A stretch of DNA of 21,583 nucleotides from the IMG/VR virus record IMGVR_UViG_3300022539_000516; one strand, 5' to 3'. Numbering within the stretch: the stretch's first letter is position 1; every line of letters starts with the position of its first letter. This document shows, piece after piece, positions 1 to 9,541 of the stretch. Under the pieces are notes generated by a model that searched no databases, was not told the DNA's origin, and worked only from the letters and a program-made list of their open reading frames with translations. The position numbers were made by a program, and so were the translations under genes. The DNA comes from a virus.

Positions 1-2
1 TA

Positions 3-590
3 ATGAGTATGGGAAAAGATGCACAGGTTTGCGCTGATTGGTTGGGTGCGCATGCTACGCCGGTATTTTTAAAGCAAATACGAGATACTGGCTTGGATGG
101 CGTAAAACAAATGGTAGCTATGTTTTATCCCGAATTCTATGGAAGTTCGTATGAAAATTTAGTTGCAGAAATGTTTAATATACTTTTTGCTGAAGCAAAA
201 ATGACAGAAGTGGAAGTAGAACTTGAACCAGAGATTATTAAACCAGAAGTTGCTGAACCAGAAGTTGTTAAGTCAGAAGAAGAAAAAGTTGTTGCACCAG
301 AAGTTGTTGAACCGGAAAAAGAAAGAGTTGCTGAACCAAAAAGTATTGAAAAAAAATCTGTTACTCTAGAAGAAGCAATTAGAGAAGAATCTGTTATTCC
401 AGAAGAAATTGTTGAACCAGAAAAAGAAACTATTGAACCAGAAGTTAAAGAGGAAAAACCAGTTGTTCAAGCAGAACTGATTACTCCTTTTGACGATAAA
501 GAACCATCTGAAGAAACAGAAGTAGTTAAAGAAGAACCAGAAGTTATTAAAAAAGGACTTAAAACTGTAAGCGAAGAAAGCATAAAGTAA
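3..590 (+). CDS. Hypothetical protein with long acidic E/P/V/K-rich low-complexity C-terminal region (possibly 5'-truncated)
   Basis: 195-aa ORF. Its C-terminal two thirds are degenerate EPEV/EPEK repeats (GAACCAGAAGTT-like). It begins at the window edge, so the true start may lie upstream. Confidence 0.75.
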   Translation: MSMGKDAQVCADWLGAHATPVFLKQIRDTGLDGVKQMVAMFYPEFYGSSYENLVAEMFNILFAEAKMTEVEVELEPEIIKPEVAEPEVVKSEEEKVVAPEVVEPEKERVAEPKSIEKKSVTLEEAIREESVIPEEIVEPEKETIEPEVKEEKPVVQAELITPFDDKEPSEETEVVKEEPEVIKKGLKTVSEESIK

Positions 591-606
591 AAGGGGGAAA
601 AATAAC

Positions 607-987
607 ATGTCTGAAATAACTGAAAGATTTTCAGTAAATATTAAAACATTATTAGATAAGATTCCAAATCAAAGACTCGAAGAAATAGTTGCTCAAGTCC
701 AAGGAAGATTTCAGCTATTATGTCAAAGACCAATGGATTTAAATCAAATTGTAGAACTTCATAAGTATTTTAGTTCGTTTACAGATGAAACAGAAAAGAA
801 GATAGCAGCATATTTTCTATATGGTACGAGTCAGGTATATTTTGACCTTCTTGAAAGAATGGACGGAGTTTTGTCAACAATTATACCCGATGAATATTTT
901 GAAGAGGGTGAAGAAGAAGCTGAGCCTCCAGCAGAACCTTCTGTAGAATCAACTCCAGAGGCAAGTCCGCAAACTTTAACTCCTTAA
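607..987 (+). CDS. Hypothetical protein, helical N-terminal domain with acidic Pro-rich tail
   Basis: 126-aa ORF with a GGGGG RBS-like run upstream; fits the operon spacing. Confidence 0.75.
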   Translation: MSEITERFSVNIKTLLDKIPNQRLEEIVAQVQGRFQLLCQRPMDLNQIVELHKYFSSFTDETEKKIAAYFLYGTSQVYFDLLERMDGVLSTIIPDEYFEEGEEEAEPPAEPSVESTPEASPQTLTP

Positions 988-996
988 GGAAAATTT

Positions 997-1875
997 TTGG
1001 ATAAAATAGGAATACGACTCTGGGGGGGTCTTGGCGATACAATTGTATCGTCTTGCCTTTTTTATAACATATATACAAAGCACGAAGAAGCAGAATGGAT
1101 TGTTTTAATATCTGTTCCGTATACAGTCAAAGATATGAAAGCAGTTGAAAAAAATATTAAAGAGTTATTAAATGAACATCCTGTATCACAAGTAGTATCT
1201 TTTCCAATTAAAAAATATAGAACATTATTTAAATTAGAATGGAGTGTTCTTAAAGAATTAGGGGTAAGTATAATCTACGATTGTTTAGTACAAAGACCTA
1301 GCGTCTGGAGTGTAGAAAAATTTGAGACAATTCCACAGGAATTTACTTTTAGGGAAAAACCGGATATAACGATTCCTTCATTTGAGTTACCTTTGCCGTA
1401 TGATAATAAGCTGTTATATGAAGAAAAATTGATAGCAATTTATAGATATTCTGGAAGATTTAAGCATTTTGAAGGTAGAAATCTTGACAACGATAAGTGG
1501 AAAGAGATAACTGATTATATTTTAAACAAAGGATATAAAGTAATATTGCTTGGAAAAAAAGACGAAGACAAATATGATACCGACGAAAGAATTATAGATT
1601 TAAGAGATTTGCCACTATTGTATTCGCTTGGAGTTATAAAATTTTGTAATTGCTTTGTAGCACCCATGTCTGGTTTAGCTAACTGGTCGAGGTTTTGGAT
1701 TAAAACATTTACATTTGGTACAAGCAGTATGTGGTTACACCACTTTACTGGGTATTGGTTTGCAGGCGAATTATATAAAAGCAAAAAGAATATTGAGTGG
1801 ATTTCTGTAGAGCAAAATCCAGTGCATGACTTTAAAGTATTTTTTGATAGATTTGACGAAGGTGAAAATGGATAG
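997..1875 (+). CDS. Glycosyltransferase, GT9 (heptosyltransferase)-like GT-B fold
   Basis: TTG start after AAGGA. N-terminal GGLGDTI motif; C-terminal 'W..I...I...GYKVILLG..D', 'IIDLR..LPL..SLGVIK.CNCFVAPMSGLAN' pattern typical of GT9. Confidence 0.75.
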   Translation: MDKIGIRLWGGLGDTIVSSCLFYNIYTKHEEAEWIVLISVPYTVKDMKAVEKNIKELLNEHPVSQVVSFPIKKYRTLFKLEWSVLKELGVSIIYDCLVQRPSVWSVEKFETIPQEFTFREKPDITIPSFELPLPYDNKLLYEEKLIAIYRYSGRFKHFEGRNLDNDKWKEITDYILNKGYKVILLGKKDEDKYDTDERIIDLRDLPLLYSLGVIKFCNCFVAPMSGLANWSRFWIKTFTFGTSSMWLHHFTGYWFAGELYKSKKNIEWISVEQNPVHDFKVFFDRFDEGENG

Positions 1876-2881
1876 ACCAATTAAAATTCTATTTCTTTCA
1901 TTAACAGCAAAACCGGAGTTTACCCACGACGGTTGGATAAACGCTTTTGAAAACTTCGTATCTCCAGTAGAATATAAAACTTTTCTCTATACCCAAACAG
2001 ATTTTGCAACTAGCAAGGCAGTTACAATGGAACAGAATTTTGCGAGACTAGCAATGGAGTTCAAACCAGACCTTATTCTTTTTCAATTTCTCAGGGCTTG
2101 TCCTTTCAGCATTGTGTTTTTGCAATCATTAAAAGATAGATTGGTAAAAGAAGGAGTAAGAACTAAATTTATACAATGGAACGGAGATGTTAGAGCAGGA
2201 ATTGACGAAGTTTTTCGCCACTACGGAGTGGCAATGGATTTGAATCTACTTTGTTCTTTAGATGAAGTTGCAAAATACAGAAAAGAAATGCCATCAAGTG
2301 AAATTTTTTATTTACCGTCGGCATATGAAGAAAATATATTTTGTGATTTGGATAAAAAAGAATATGATTACGATGTGATTCATGTAGGACATAACTATGG
2401 TGGAGGATTATTTGAAACAAGTCAGTTAAGAATAGAATTAGTTGAAAGATTACATAAAACATTCGGGGGTAGATTCGCCAATCTAGGAATGGGCTGGGGC
2501 GCAAAATCTAAGGGAGTTGTATATGGAAAAGATTTAAACGAAGAATTAAACAAGTCAATAATCACTATTGGTATAAACCAATTTGAACAAACAGGTTATT
2601 TTTCTAGAAGAATGGTTAGAATGATGAGTACAGGTCGGTTGTACCTATTTAAATACTTCCCTGGAGCCGAAGTCTATTTTATAAACCATTATAATTGTGT
2701 CTGGTTTAACAGTATAACAGAAGCACTAATGCACATTCAGTATTATCTTGACAATCAAGAAGAAGCGTTTGCTATAGGAAAAATGGGAAAAGACTTAGTG
2801 AGTAGTTATCATACTTATTATAATAGACTATGGACGATTTTAGCGATGTGTGAATTTATTCAACCAAAGAAGGTAGAGTGA
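1868..2881 (+). CDS. Glycosyltransferase, CgeB/Glyco_trans_1_2-like (GT-B)
   Basis: Likely start ATG 1868 after AGGTGA (ORF open from 1826). Motifs 'FKPDLILF', 'WNGDVR', 'YDVIHVG', 'VYGKDLNEELNKSIITIGIN', 'YFSRR', 'HTYYNR' match the CgeB-like pattern. Confidence 0.75.
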   Translation: MDRPIKILFLSLTAKPEFTHDGWINAFENFVSPVEYKTFLYTQTDFATSKAVTMEQNFARLAMEFKPDLILFQFLRACPFSIVFLQSLKDRLVKEGVRTKFIQWNGDVRAGIDEVFRHYGVAMDLNLLCSLDEVAKYRKEMPSSEIFYLPSAYEENIFCDLDKKEYDYDVIHVGHNYGGGLFETSQLRIELVERLHKTFGGRFANLGMGWGAKSKGVVYGKDLNEELNKSIITIGINQFEQTGYFSRRMVRMMSTGRLYLFKYFPGAEVYFINHYNCVWFNSITEALMHIQYYLDNQEEAFAIGKMGKDLVSSYHTYYNRLWTILAMCEFIQPKKVE

Positions 2882-3777
2882 TACAAACAGAATTTTTTGA
2901 AGACCAAAAAACATACAAGAAATCGGCAGTATTTCTCCAGAATGGAAATTTGATATATATTTTGTATACACTCGGAATGATTGCTGAATATAAAAAATTA
3001 AACCCTGAAAGAAATATAATATTGATGGTACAACAGAAATATATTAAGTTTATGCAGAATCAGGTTTCTCTGTATAAAGTATTGCCATATAGTTTTTTAG
3101 AAATAGAAAAAACAATAGTATTAAAGACCGTTTTAGAACTGGGTGTTCAAATAGACATCTTAAAAACAGACATAATAGATTGCACTGTCGATATTTCAGG
3201 ATACGATATGGATAAATACAATTTGAACATTAATTATCCTTTTGAAGATATTAGTAAGAAAAGTGGGATTAAAAATACAGATTTCTCGGATGTAAAATGG
3301 AATACAAACAAAAAAGATGGAGTGGATGCTTTTAATCTGTTGTTGAAATTTAATTTGACTCCTGGGAGGTATTTCGTTATTGATTTTGATTTTTTAAATA
3401 AAGAAAAAAAAGAATGGTGGGAGGATGTTGCTTGCGAATTGAGAAAAGAAAATCCACTTGTTTGTTTTAATGAAGAGGGGACGATGAAATATGTTTTGAA
3501 TTTGAGTAAACAATCATACGAAATAAAATTTGGAATAATAAATGATTCGGATATATTTATAGGAGAGTCTACAGAATTAAAGGCATTTGTGATTAACAAT
3601 AAAGATATTGCTATATTTTCTCTTGATAGTGATGCAGCAACAAGTAGACTATATAGTTTTTTGTCCTCTGGTATAAGGATGGAAAAAACATATGAGCATT
3701 TGTATAGTAATTATAGGGATTCTAAAGACTATATAGATTATGTCAAAAATGCAATAGAAATAGATGGATGGTTTTGA
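2878..3777 (+). CDS. Divergent GT9-like glycosyltransferase homolog (possibly inactive)
   Basis: GTG start overlapping the upstream stop. Overall GT9 layout ('EYKKLNPERNIILMV', 'WWEDVA', 'LNLS', 'IINDSDIFIGESTEL'), but the GxxGD and DSG motifs are replaced. Confidence 0.55.
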   Translation: MIQTEFFEDQKTYKKSAVFLQNGNLIYILYTLGMIAEYKKLNPERNIILMVQQKYIKFMQNQVSLYKVLPYSFLEIEKTIVLKTVLELGVQIDILKTDIIDCTVDISGYDMDKYNLNINYPFEDISKKSGIKNTDFSDVKWNTNKKDGVDAFNLLLKFNLTPGRYFVIDFDFLNKEKKEWWEDVACELRKENPLVCFNEEGTMKYVLNLSKQSYEIKFGIINDSDIFIGESTELKAFVINNKDIAIFSLDSDAATSRLYSFLSSGIRMEKTYEHLYSNYRDSKDYIDYVKNAIEIDGWF

Positions 3778-4606
3778 AATGCCGGAATTATTAAGATTAG
3801 ACAATCCAGATTTGATACTTTCGTATTTACCCGGTGGTTTAGAATATAAAGAGTTAAGTATAATATTGCCAACAAGAAATGCTTTAGATTATTTAGAGAA
3901 TTGCCTGAAAAGTATAGAACGATTTACAGATATGGAACATAATGTTATTATAGTTAATGATGGAAGTGAAGACGAAAAGAAAATAAAAGAAATATCTGAC
4001 AAATATAATACAGTTTTACTCAGTTTTTATAATATGCGTCTAGGATTTCCGCTTGCATGTAATATAGGTATGTCTGTAGCAAATTCGGAGTATATTTGTT
4101 TATTAAATACGGATACATTGGTATCACCTGGATGGACTGATATTTTTACAAAGGTATTATCAAGAAAAGATATAGGAATAGCCGGGCCGAGCACTTCAGC
4201 TGGAGCATCAGAACAAACTCTGGAAGATATTAACATAAGAAGGTACGATTATAAAATTGATGATATGCCCAAATTATCAAAGTATTGTAAAGATAAATAT
4301 AAGGACGAAGTACAGAGCATAAATCTTGTAGTAGGTTTTTGCTTTTGTTTCAAGAAAGAACTTATAGACTATATAGGATATTTTGACCATAAAAGATTTG
4401 AGCTTGGCTCTTCGGAAGAATTAGATTATTGTTTAAGAGCAAGAAAAATGGGCTTTGCAGTAGTATGGAGTCAGGGGCAATACTGCCATCATTATGGTAA
4501 AGTGACATTCTCTAAAGAGATGACAAAAGAAGAAATTGCAACGTATTGGTCAAGAAATTTTAAAAGGATGAATAAGAAATGGGAAATTTTTTCTGCTGGG
4601 CAATAG
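3764..4606 (+). CDS. Glycosyltransferase family 2 (GT-A)
   Basis: Motifs 'LSIILPTRN', 'CLKSI', 'IIVNDGS', 'GFPLACNIG', 'LLNTDT', 'GFCFCFKKELIDYIGYFD', 'EELDYCLRA...GF'. Alternative start ATG 3779. Confidence 0.9.
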   Translation: MDGFEMPELLRLDNPDLILSYLPGGLEYKELSIILPTRNALDYLENCLKSIERFTDMEHNVIIVNDGSEDEKKIKEISDKYNTVLLSFYNMRLGFPLACNIGMSVANSEYICLLNTDTLVSPGWTDIFTKVLSRKDIGIAGPSTSAGASEQTLEDINIRRYDYKIDDMPKLSKYCKDKYKDEVQSINLVVGFCFCFKKELIDYIGYFDHKRFELGSSEELDYCLRARKMGFAVVWSQGQYCHHYGKVTFSKEMTKEEIATYWSRNFKRMNKKWEIFSAGQ

Positions 4607-4610
4607 GACT

Positions 4611-5795
4611 ATGTTAAAAACATATACTGAAGAGGAAATAAATAAGAAGCATATTAGTAAGTATATCAGAAAAACAAATATTAATTATAGAAGATATTCC
4701 AAAGAATTTAAAGATAAATGTATTAAAAAATATTTAAATAGAGAAAGTTCTTTATCTATAGCAAAAAATATGAAATGTGGAGCCTGTTCCATTCTTAGAT
4801 GGGTTGGGAAATATAGAGGAAAAGAATTTATTAGGGGAAAACCACGAAAAGAAATGTTTTGTACGGAACTTTCATTAAAAGATAGAGCTTGGTTGTCAGG
4901 ATTTTTTGATGCTGAAGGTTCTGTAAGTATCAGTGTAAGTAAAAATCTTAAAAATCCTAGTCATTTTTTAAGGATAAGTCTTTCAAATACGAATCATTCT
5001 ATTATGTTATGGATTAACGAAAAATTGGGAGGATATCTTTGTTTTAGAAAAAAGAAGAATAATAGGAGAGATATAGAGTGGCGAGTATCATCAAATAATG
5101 CAGAAAGATTTTTAAATATAATATATCCTTATAGTATAATAAAAAAAGAACAAATTAAGTTAGCACTAGAATTTCAAGACACCAAGAAAAATAATATAGA
5201 CAAGGCTTTAAATAAGGTTTTAGATGTTGAAGAAATTAGAATTAGAGATTCTTATAGAGAAAAAATTAGTAATTTAAGCCATGAATATCCACATATTTCT
5301 CATAAAAATGAATTAATTAAAATAAATAATGAAATAAAATTAGACAACTTATCTACGGAACAAAAAAGTTATCTTGCAGGATATACAGATGGGGACGGAT
5401 ATATAGGAATTATGAGACAAAGGAATAAAGCCGGCGCACATTATACATTATGTGTAAGATTAGGTACTTTTAACAAATTAATATGTGAATGGATTATAAA
5501 TAATATAGGAGGAAGTCTTTACTGTAGCAAAGTAAAAAATAATCATAAATATTGTATTCATTGGGATGCTATATCAAATAATGCTCAGAAGTTTCTTGAG
5601 TCAATAGGAGGATTTTTGAAGATTAAAAAGAAACATGTTGAATTGGCTATAGAATTTCAGAAAAATAAACAAAAATATTTTAGAGTAAGAAATATATTAG
5701 AGGAAAGAAATAAAATTTTATATCCTTTTTATCAACAAATGAAAAAACTGAATGCCAGAGGTGTAAGGAATAATGAATTACTTGAAGATTTGTAA
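4611..5795 (+). mobile_element. Free-standing double-motif LAGLIDADG homing endonuclease with N-terminal HTH
   Basis: Two LAGLIDADG helices (WLSGFFDAEG, YLAGYTDGDG) in two internally similar halves, each ending 'IKK...LA.EFQ'. N-terminal 'YSKEFK..CIKKYL...S...IAK......SILRWV' HTH. No flanking intron or intein sequence. Confidence 0.88.
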
Positions 5796-6645
5796 CATCG
5801 AACCTACAAACAAATGTCAACTAACAGGAAAATGCCATTTCTGCACCGATGACGGCACAAGAGAAGTAGGATTCATAAAAGAAGACTTATTCAAAGATAT
5901 TGTAGAACAGTATACAAAATTTCACGAGCATTCAAAAGAAATTCGTCTCTTTGTGAGTGGGGAAGGCACTCTTCATCCAGCGATATCTGATTTAATCCTA
6001 ATATGCAAAAGATATGGAATAAACAACATAGTTTTACATACCAACGGAGTATATTTAATAAATAACAGAAAACTAATAGATGAAATGGTAAAATGTGGGT
6101 TAACTTTAATCAGTTTTTCTGTAGATGCCCAGACGGCTTCTGAATATAAGAAGTATAGAGGATTAGACGAAGATAAGTTTAATCTTTTGTTAAATACTAT
6201 AAAGTATACAGCAAGCAAAGGAATAAAAACAGTTACTCAGGTTATAAAACCATATCCATCGGAACTTATAGTATCCGAAGAGTTTAAATCAAAAGTTGGA
6301 AAATCAGCGGTTTTTATAAGATATCCGCACAGTTGGGCAGAAAAAGGCTTAATAAAAAATGCCGTAAAACTAGAAGATAGAAAGGACGGTATTCCTTGTT
6401 GGTTTTTAACACAAACAATGTCTATTTATTGGGATGGAAGGATACCGACGTGTTGTGCCATGTTGAACGAAGAACATATTTTAGGTACATTTCAAGATTT
6501 AGGTATAGAAGGTGGATGGAAAGAGATACAAAGAATAAGAAAAATACAAGAAAATTTTGGGGCAATTTCCGGTTGCGACGAATGTGAACGATACGGAGGG
6601 CTTATGGAACAATGGAGGACAAAACATGGCAATGTTCAAGTGTAA
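5773..6645 (+). CDS. Radical SAM protein with SPASM/Twitch C-terminal domain
   Basis: 'IEPTNKCQLTGKCHFC' (CX5CX2C), 'SGEGTLHP', 'LHTNG', 'ISFSVDA'. C-terminal 'PC...MSIYWDGRIPTCC...ILG...CDEC'. Confidence 0.88.
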   Translation: MNYLKICNIEPTNKCQLTGKCHFCTDDGTREVGFIKEDLFKDIVEQYTKFHEHSKEIRLFVSGEGTLHPAISDLILICKRYGINNIVLHTNGVYLINNRKLIDEMVKCGLTLISFSVDAQTASEYKKYRGLDEDKFNLLLNTIKYTASKGIKTVTQVIKPYPSELIVSEEFKSKVGKSAVFIRYPHSWAEKGLIKNAVKLEDRKDGIPCWFLTQTMSIYWDGRIPTCCAMLNEEHILGTFQDLGIEGGWKEIQRIRKIQENFGAISGCDECERYGGLMEQWRTKHGNVQV

Positions 6646-6805
6646 AAATTGTTATAAGATGTTTGAGGTTCCAGTTATGGACCCTCCTTATTTTGGAGTA
6701 CCGAGGGAATCATGTCCACACTGTAGAAGTTCATGGACAGAATATATCGAGAAAAATCCTAGCATCAAAAAGAAACAGAAAAACCAGCAAAATTTGGTGA
6801 AATAA
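6626..6805 (+). CDS. Small zinc-ribbon protein
   Basis: GGAGG at 6614-6618 before ATG 6626; CKNC...CPHC; basic tail. Confidence 0.75.
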   Translation: MAMFKCKNCYKMFEVPVMDPPYFGVPRESCPHCRSSWTEYIEKNPSIKKKQKNQQNLVK

Positions 6806-6820
6806 GGGGAGAATCTGAAG

Positions 6821-7063
6821 ATGTTTGATGCTAACGACCAGTTTATTCTCAACTTGGTTAGAGATGAAAGAGACAGACAGTACGAAAAATGGGCAGACCA
6901 AACTCATACTTTTGAAGAATGGAAGAGTATTTTTGACGAAGAGTTTGCGGAGTTTAAATGTAAAGTTATATGTGGGCACGACAAAAAAGAAGTATCCAAA
7001 GAATTAGTTGAGTGCATAGCTGTTTTATGTGCGTGGGCTAGAGATATAAACAGGGGGAAATAA
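6821..7063 (+). CDS. MazG-like / all-alpha NTP pyrophosphohydrolase family protein
   Basis: 'ERDRQYEKW', 'IFDEEFAE', 'KELVECIAV' match the phage MazG-like acidic helix pattern; GGGGAG RBS. Confidence 0.65.
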   Translation: MFDANDQFILNLVRDERDRQYEKWADQTHTFEEWKSIFDEEFAEFKCKVICGHDKKEVSKELVECIAVLCAWARDINRGK

Positions 7064-7719
7064 TGGGTACTTGGCAATTTCCCGACGGAGACGATTGGTT
7101 GCTTGACCAATGTTTCCAAATTGATGCAGCTATATTAAGAATGTATTGTGGTTATAAGAAGTATTTATTGAAATACAAGGACGATATTATAGCTGGTAAG
7201 TGGAGAAAGTTATTACAAAATGTTTTTAATGAATTTAAAAAAGAACGGATAGAATGGAGATGGAGAGCATTTGGTTTAATATATCGTTATTGTGAATTAG
7301 GTATACCCATTTCAAAAAAGTTGAGGAATCAAGCATTGACCATAGTTAAACAATATACAAAATGGTTAAAGGAAGATAAAAACAAAACAGCAAAATGGAG
7401 AAACTATTCTAAAGTTTTGAAAATAATAAGAGAAAAAGTTATACCGACTCTAAACGGTGAAATCAAAATTGATACTGACAAAGTGGCGTGGTTTTTGTAT
7501 TGTTCATATACAGAAGAAATATCTATGAGTAATTTGGGGAGATATTACGATAGTAATTTTAATAGGAAACAAACTGACAGAATAAAAAGAAAAATTTGTA
7601 GAATTGAAATTAAAAAGGCGAATCAACAATTGAATTACCTGAAAGGCAAGAAAAGAATTTTCCATCTTATAGTCAGTAACAAAAAAGGCAGATGGGAAGC
7701 TGAGAAGGCGAGGATATAG
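7063..7719 (+). CDS. Hypothetical basic, Trp-rich protein
   Basis: 218-aa ORF coupled by TAATG to the upstream gene; no recognised motif. Confidence 0.7.
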   Translation: MGTWQFPDGDDWLLDQCFQIDAAILRMYCGYKKYLLKYKDDIIAGKWRKLLQNVFNEFKKERIEWRWRAFGLIYRYCELGIPISKKLRNQALTIVKQYTKWLKEDKNKTAKWRNYSKVLKIIREKVIPTLNGEIKIDTDKVAWFLYCSYTEEISMSNLGRYYDSNFNRKQTDRIKRKICRIEIKKANQQLNYLKGKKRIFHLIVSNKKGRWEAEKARI

Positions 7720-7721
7720 TA

Positions 7722-8219
7722 ATGGGAGAAATTCACAAGTACAAATATAGAGTTTTGAAATATTTAGAAGGCAATGGTCTTGATATCGGCGTTGATGACA
7801 GTGGTATAACTTATAGATGTATTGGAATAGATACTCATTGGGCAAGCGATTATGTAAATGCAGTTCTCGATGCCAGAAATCTTTATCTGTTTAAAGACGG
7901 AGTTTTTGATTGGGTGAATGCATCTCATGTTCTTGAAGACATAGAAGATACAGAACAAGCATTAAAAGAATGGATAAGAGTATTGAGAATAGGTGGCCAT
8001 CTTATAATTTATTGTCCTCACAAGAATTTTTATCCGAATATTGGGGAGAAATATGGAAATCTAGGTCACAAGCACGATTTTATACCAACAGATATTACAG
8101 AAATATTATTGAGTCTTGGTATGAAAATTAAATTATGTGCAACATTTGGATGCGATAAATATGATTATGAAAATAGAGCAAATATAGAGTATTCATTTTT
8201 AATCGTGGCGCAGAAATAG
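7722..8219 (+). CDS. Class I SAM-dependent methyltransferase (type 11-like)
   Basis: 'GLDIGVD', 'LDARNLYLFKDGVFDWVNASHVLED', 'ALKEWIRVLRIGGHLIIYCP'. Confidence 0.85.
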   Translation: MGEIHKYKYRVLKYLEGNGLDIGVDDSGITYRCIGIDTHWASDYVNAVLDARNLYLFKDGVFDWVNASHVLEDIEDTEQALKEWIRVLRIGGHLIIYCPHKNFYPNIGEKYGNLGHKHDFIPTDITEILLSLGMKIKLCATFGCDKYDYENRANIEYSFLIVAQK

Positions 8220-8230
8220 GAGATATAGAA

Positions 8231-8440
8231 ATGCTTTCGGATACACAGAAGAAAAAAAGAATTAAAATACTAGAAAATTTAGGGTTCAAAGGTTTTAATT
8301 TAACACATTTTGCAGACTGTAATAAAAAGACTGCTGATTTAGTTTTGGCAATAGCAAGATATATTGGTAATCCAGAAAATTATAGTAGCAGATTATTAAC
8401 TAGCTTAACTATCCAATTTTTATCTTCAAGAAAGAAATAG
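8231..8440 (+). CDS. Small hypothetical protein
   Basis: AGGAG RBS; 69-aa ORF filling the operon gap. Confidence 0.65.
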   Translation: MLSDTQKKKRIKILENLGFKGFNLTHFADCNKKTADLVLAIARYIGNPENYSSRLLTSLTIQFLSSRKK

Positions 8441-8441
8441 A

Positions 8442-8912
8442 ATGAAACTAGCCGATAATATAATCTTAAATAGAAAAAAGAAAACTATAAGAATATATCT
8501 TGACGAAGAAGGAATTTATAATTTTTTGGAAGACAATAGAATGTGGATAGCAAAGCCGATTCCTGTTGATTTTTCAAAAATAAAGAATAATACTTTAATT
8601 CTTACATGGCCAGATTATGAAAGCAAATTTTTCATAAAAGTTTATTTTAGAAGAAGTAAGTCTTGTGGCACAAAAATGAAGCGTAGTAAAAATATTGTCA
8701 TAGACGAAAAGAAGAAACAGATAACAGTATACGAAACTGCCGAGAACATACAAGACTTTATGTTTGATAGAGGATTGAGATTTATAGTTCCGTCTGTAAA
8801 AAACATTCTTAAAAATAGAAATGGAGCTACGGTATTTTTTGACGAGATATTTGGAGTAGCATTTTTATTTAAATTAAAAAAAGATAAAGGGAGTAAATCT
8901 TGCCAGATTTAA
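8442..8912 (+). CDS. Hypothetical protein made of two tandem ~78-aa homologous halves
   Basis: Halves start MKLADNIILNRKKKTIRIY / MKRSKNIVIDEKKKQITVY, and both end in SKSC. Confidence 0.7.
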   Translation: MKLADNIILNRKKKTIRIYLDEEGIYNFLEDNRMWIAKPIPVDFSKIKNNTLILTWPDYESKFFIKVYFRRSKSCGTKMKRSKNIVIDEKKKQITVYETAENIQDFMFDRGLRFIVPSVKNILKNRNGATVFFDEIFGVAFLFKLKKDKGSKSCQI

Positions 8913-9532
8913 TATCTCGATACGAAGAATATCAAAAACAAATCTTTGGCGATTTTGGAATCAAAGAAGGACATAAAGTACTCGATGTAGGATATGGTGA
9001 CAGAAGTTTCCCTCTAGCAACTCATGCAATAGACCCAATTGAAGACGATGCGGAAAAATTTTATCGTACTTATCCATTGCAAATACTAGAGGGAGTAGAG
9101 TATTATAAATGCTATATAGAAAAAACTCCGTTTCAGAATAAATATTTTGATTTTGTATATTGTTCCCATGTTTTAGAACACATAGAAAATCCAGAGAAGG
9201 CATGCAAAGAGTTAATGCGAGTTGCTAAAAGAGGTTATATAGAAAGTCCAAGTAGGTTGAATGAGGTTTTATTTGGTCATAGTCCTCATAGATGGATAAT
9301 AGAAGTAATAAACAACACTCTTTTCTTTCAAAAATTAAAAGATTGGGAGTCTATGCATATATTGTCTGATGATATGTGGAAGGCATGGGTTACGATGAAT
9401 TTTAATAAAGAACCTAAAAATCCGATGGAAACAGTGTTTCGTAAATTAGAATACATGAGAACAAATAATCCACAATCGTTTTATACCATGTTTCAGTGGG
9501 AAGATAGTTTTGAGTTTAAGATTGTAGAGTAG
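8900..9532 (+). CDS. Class I SAM-dependent methyltransferase (type 11-like)
   Basis: TTG start after GGGAG. 'VLDVGYG', 'IEKTPFQNKYFDFVYCSHVLEHIENPEKACKELMRVAKRGYIESP'. Confidence 0.88.
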   Translation: MPDLISRYEEYQKQIFGDFGIKEGHKVLDVGYGDRSFPLATHAIDPIEDDAEKFYRTYPLQILEGVEYYKCYIEKTPFQNKYFDFVYCSHVLEHIENPEKACKELMRVAKRGYIESPSRLNEVLFGHSPHRWIIEVINNTLFFQKLKDWESMHILSDDMWKAWVTMNFNKEPKNPMETVFRKLEYMRTNNPQSFYTMFQWEDSFEFKIVE

Positions 9533-9541
9533 GAGGAAAAA

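Noticed and set aside
4607-5795. Group I intron or intein hosting the LAGLIDADG gene
   Set aside because: Flanking genes look complete, there is no non-coding room for a ribozyme core, and there are no intein N- or C-terminal splicing motifs.
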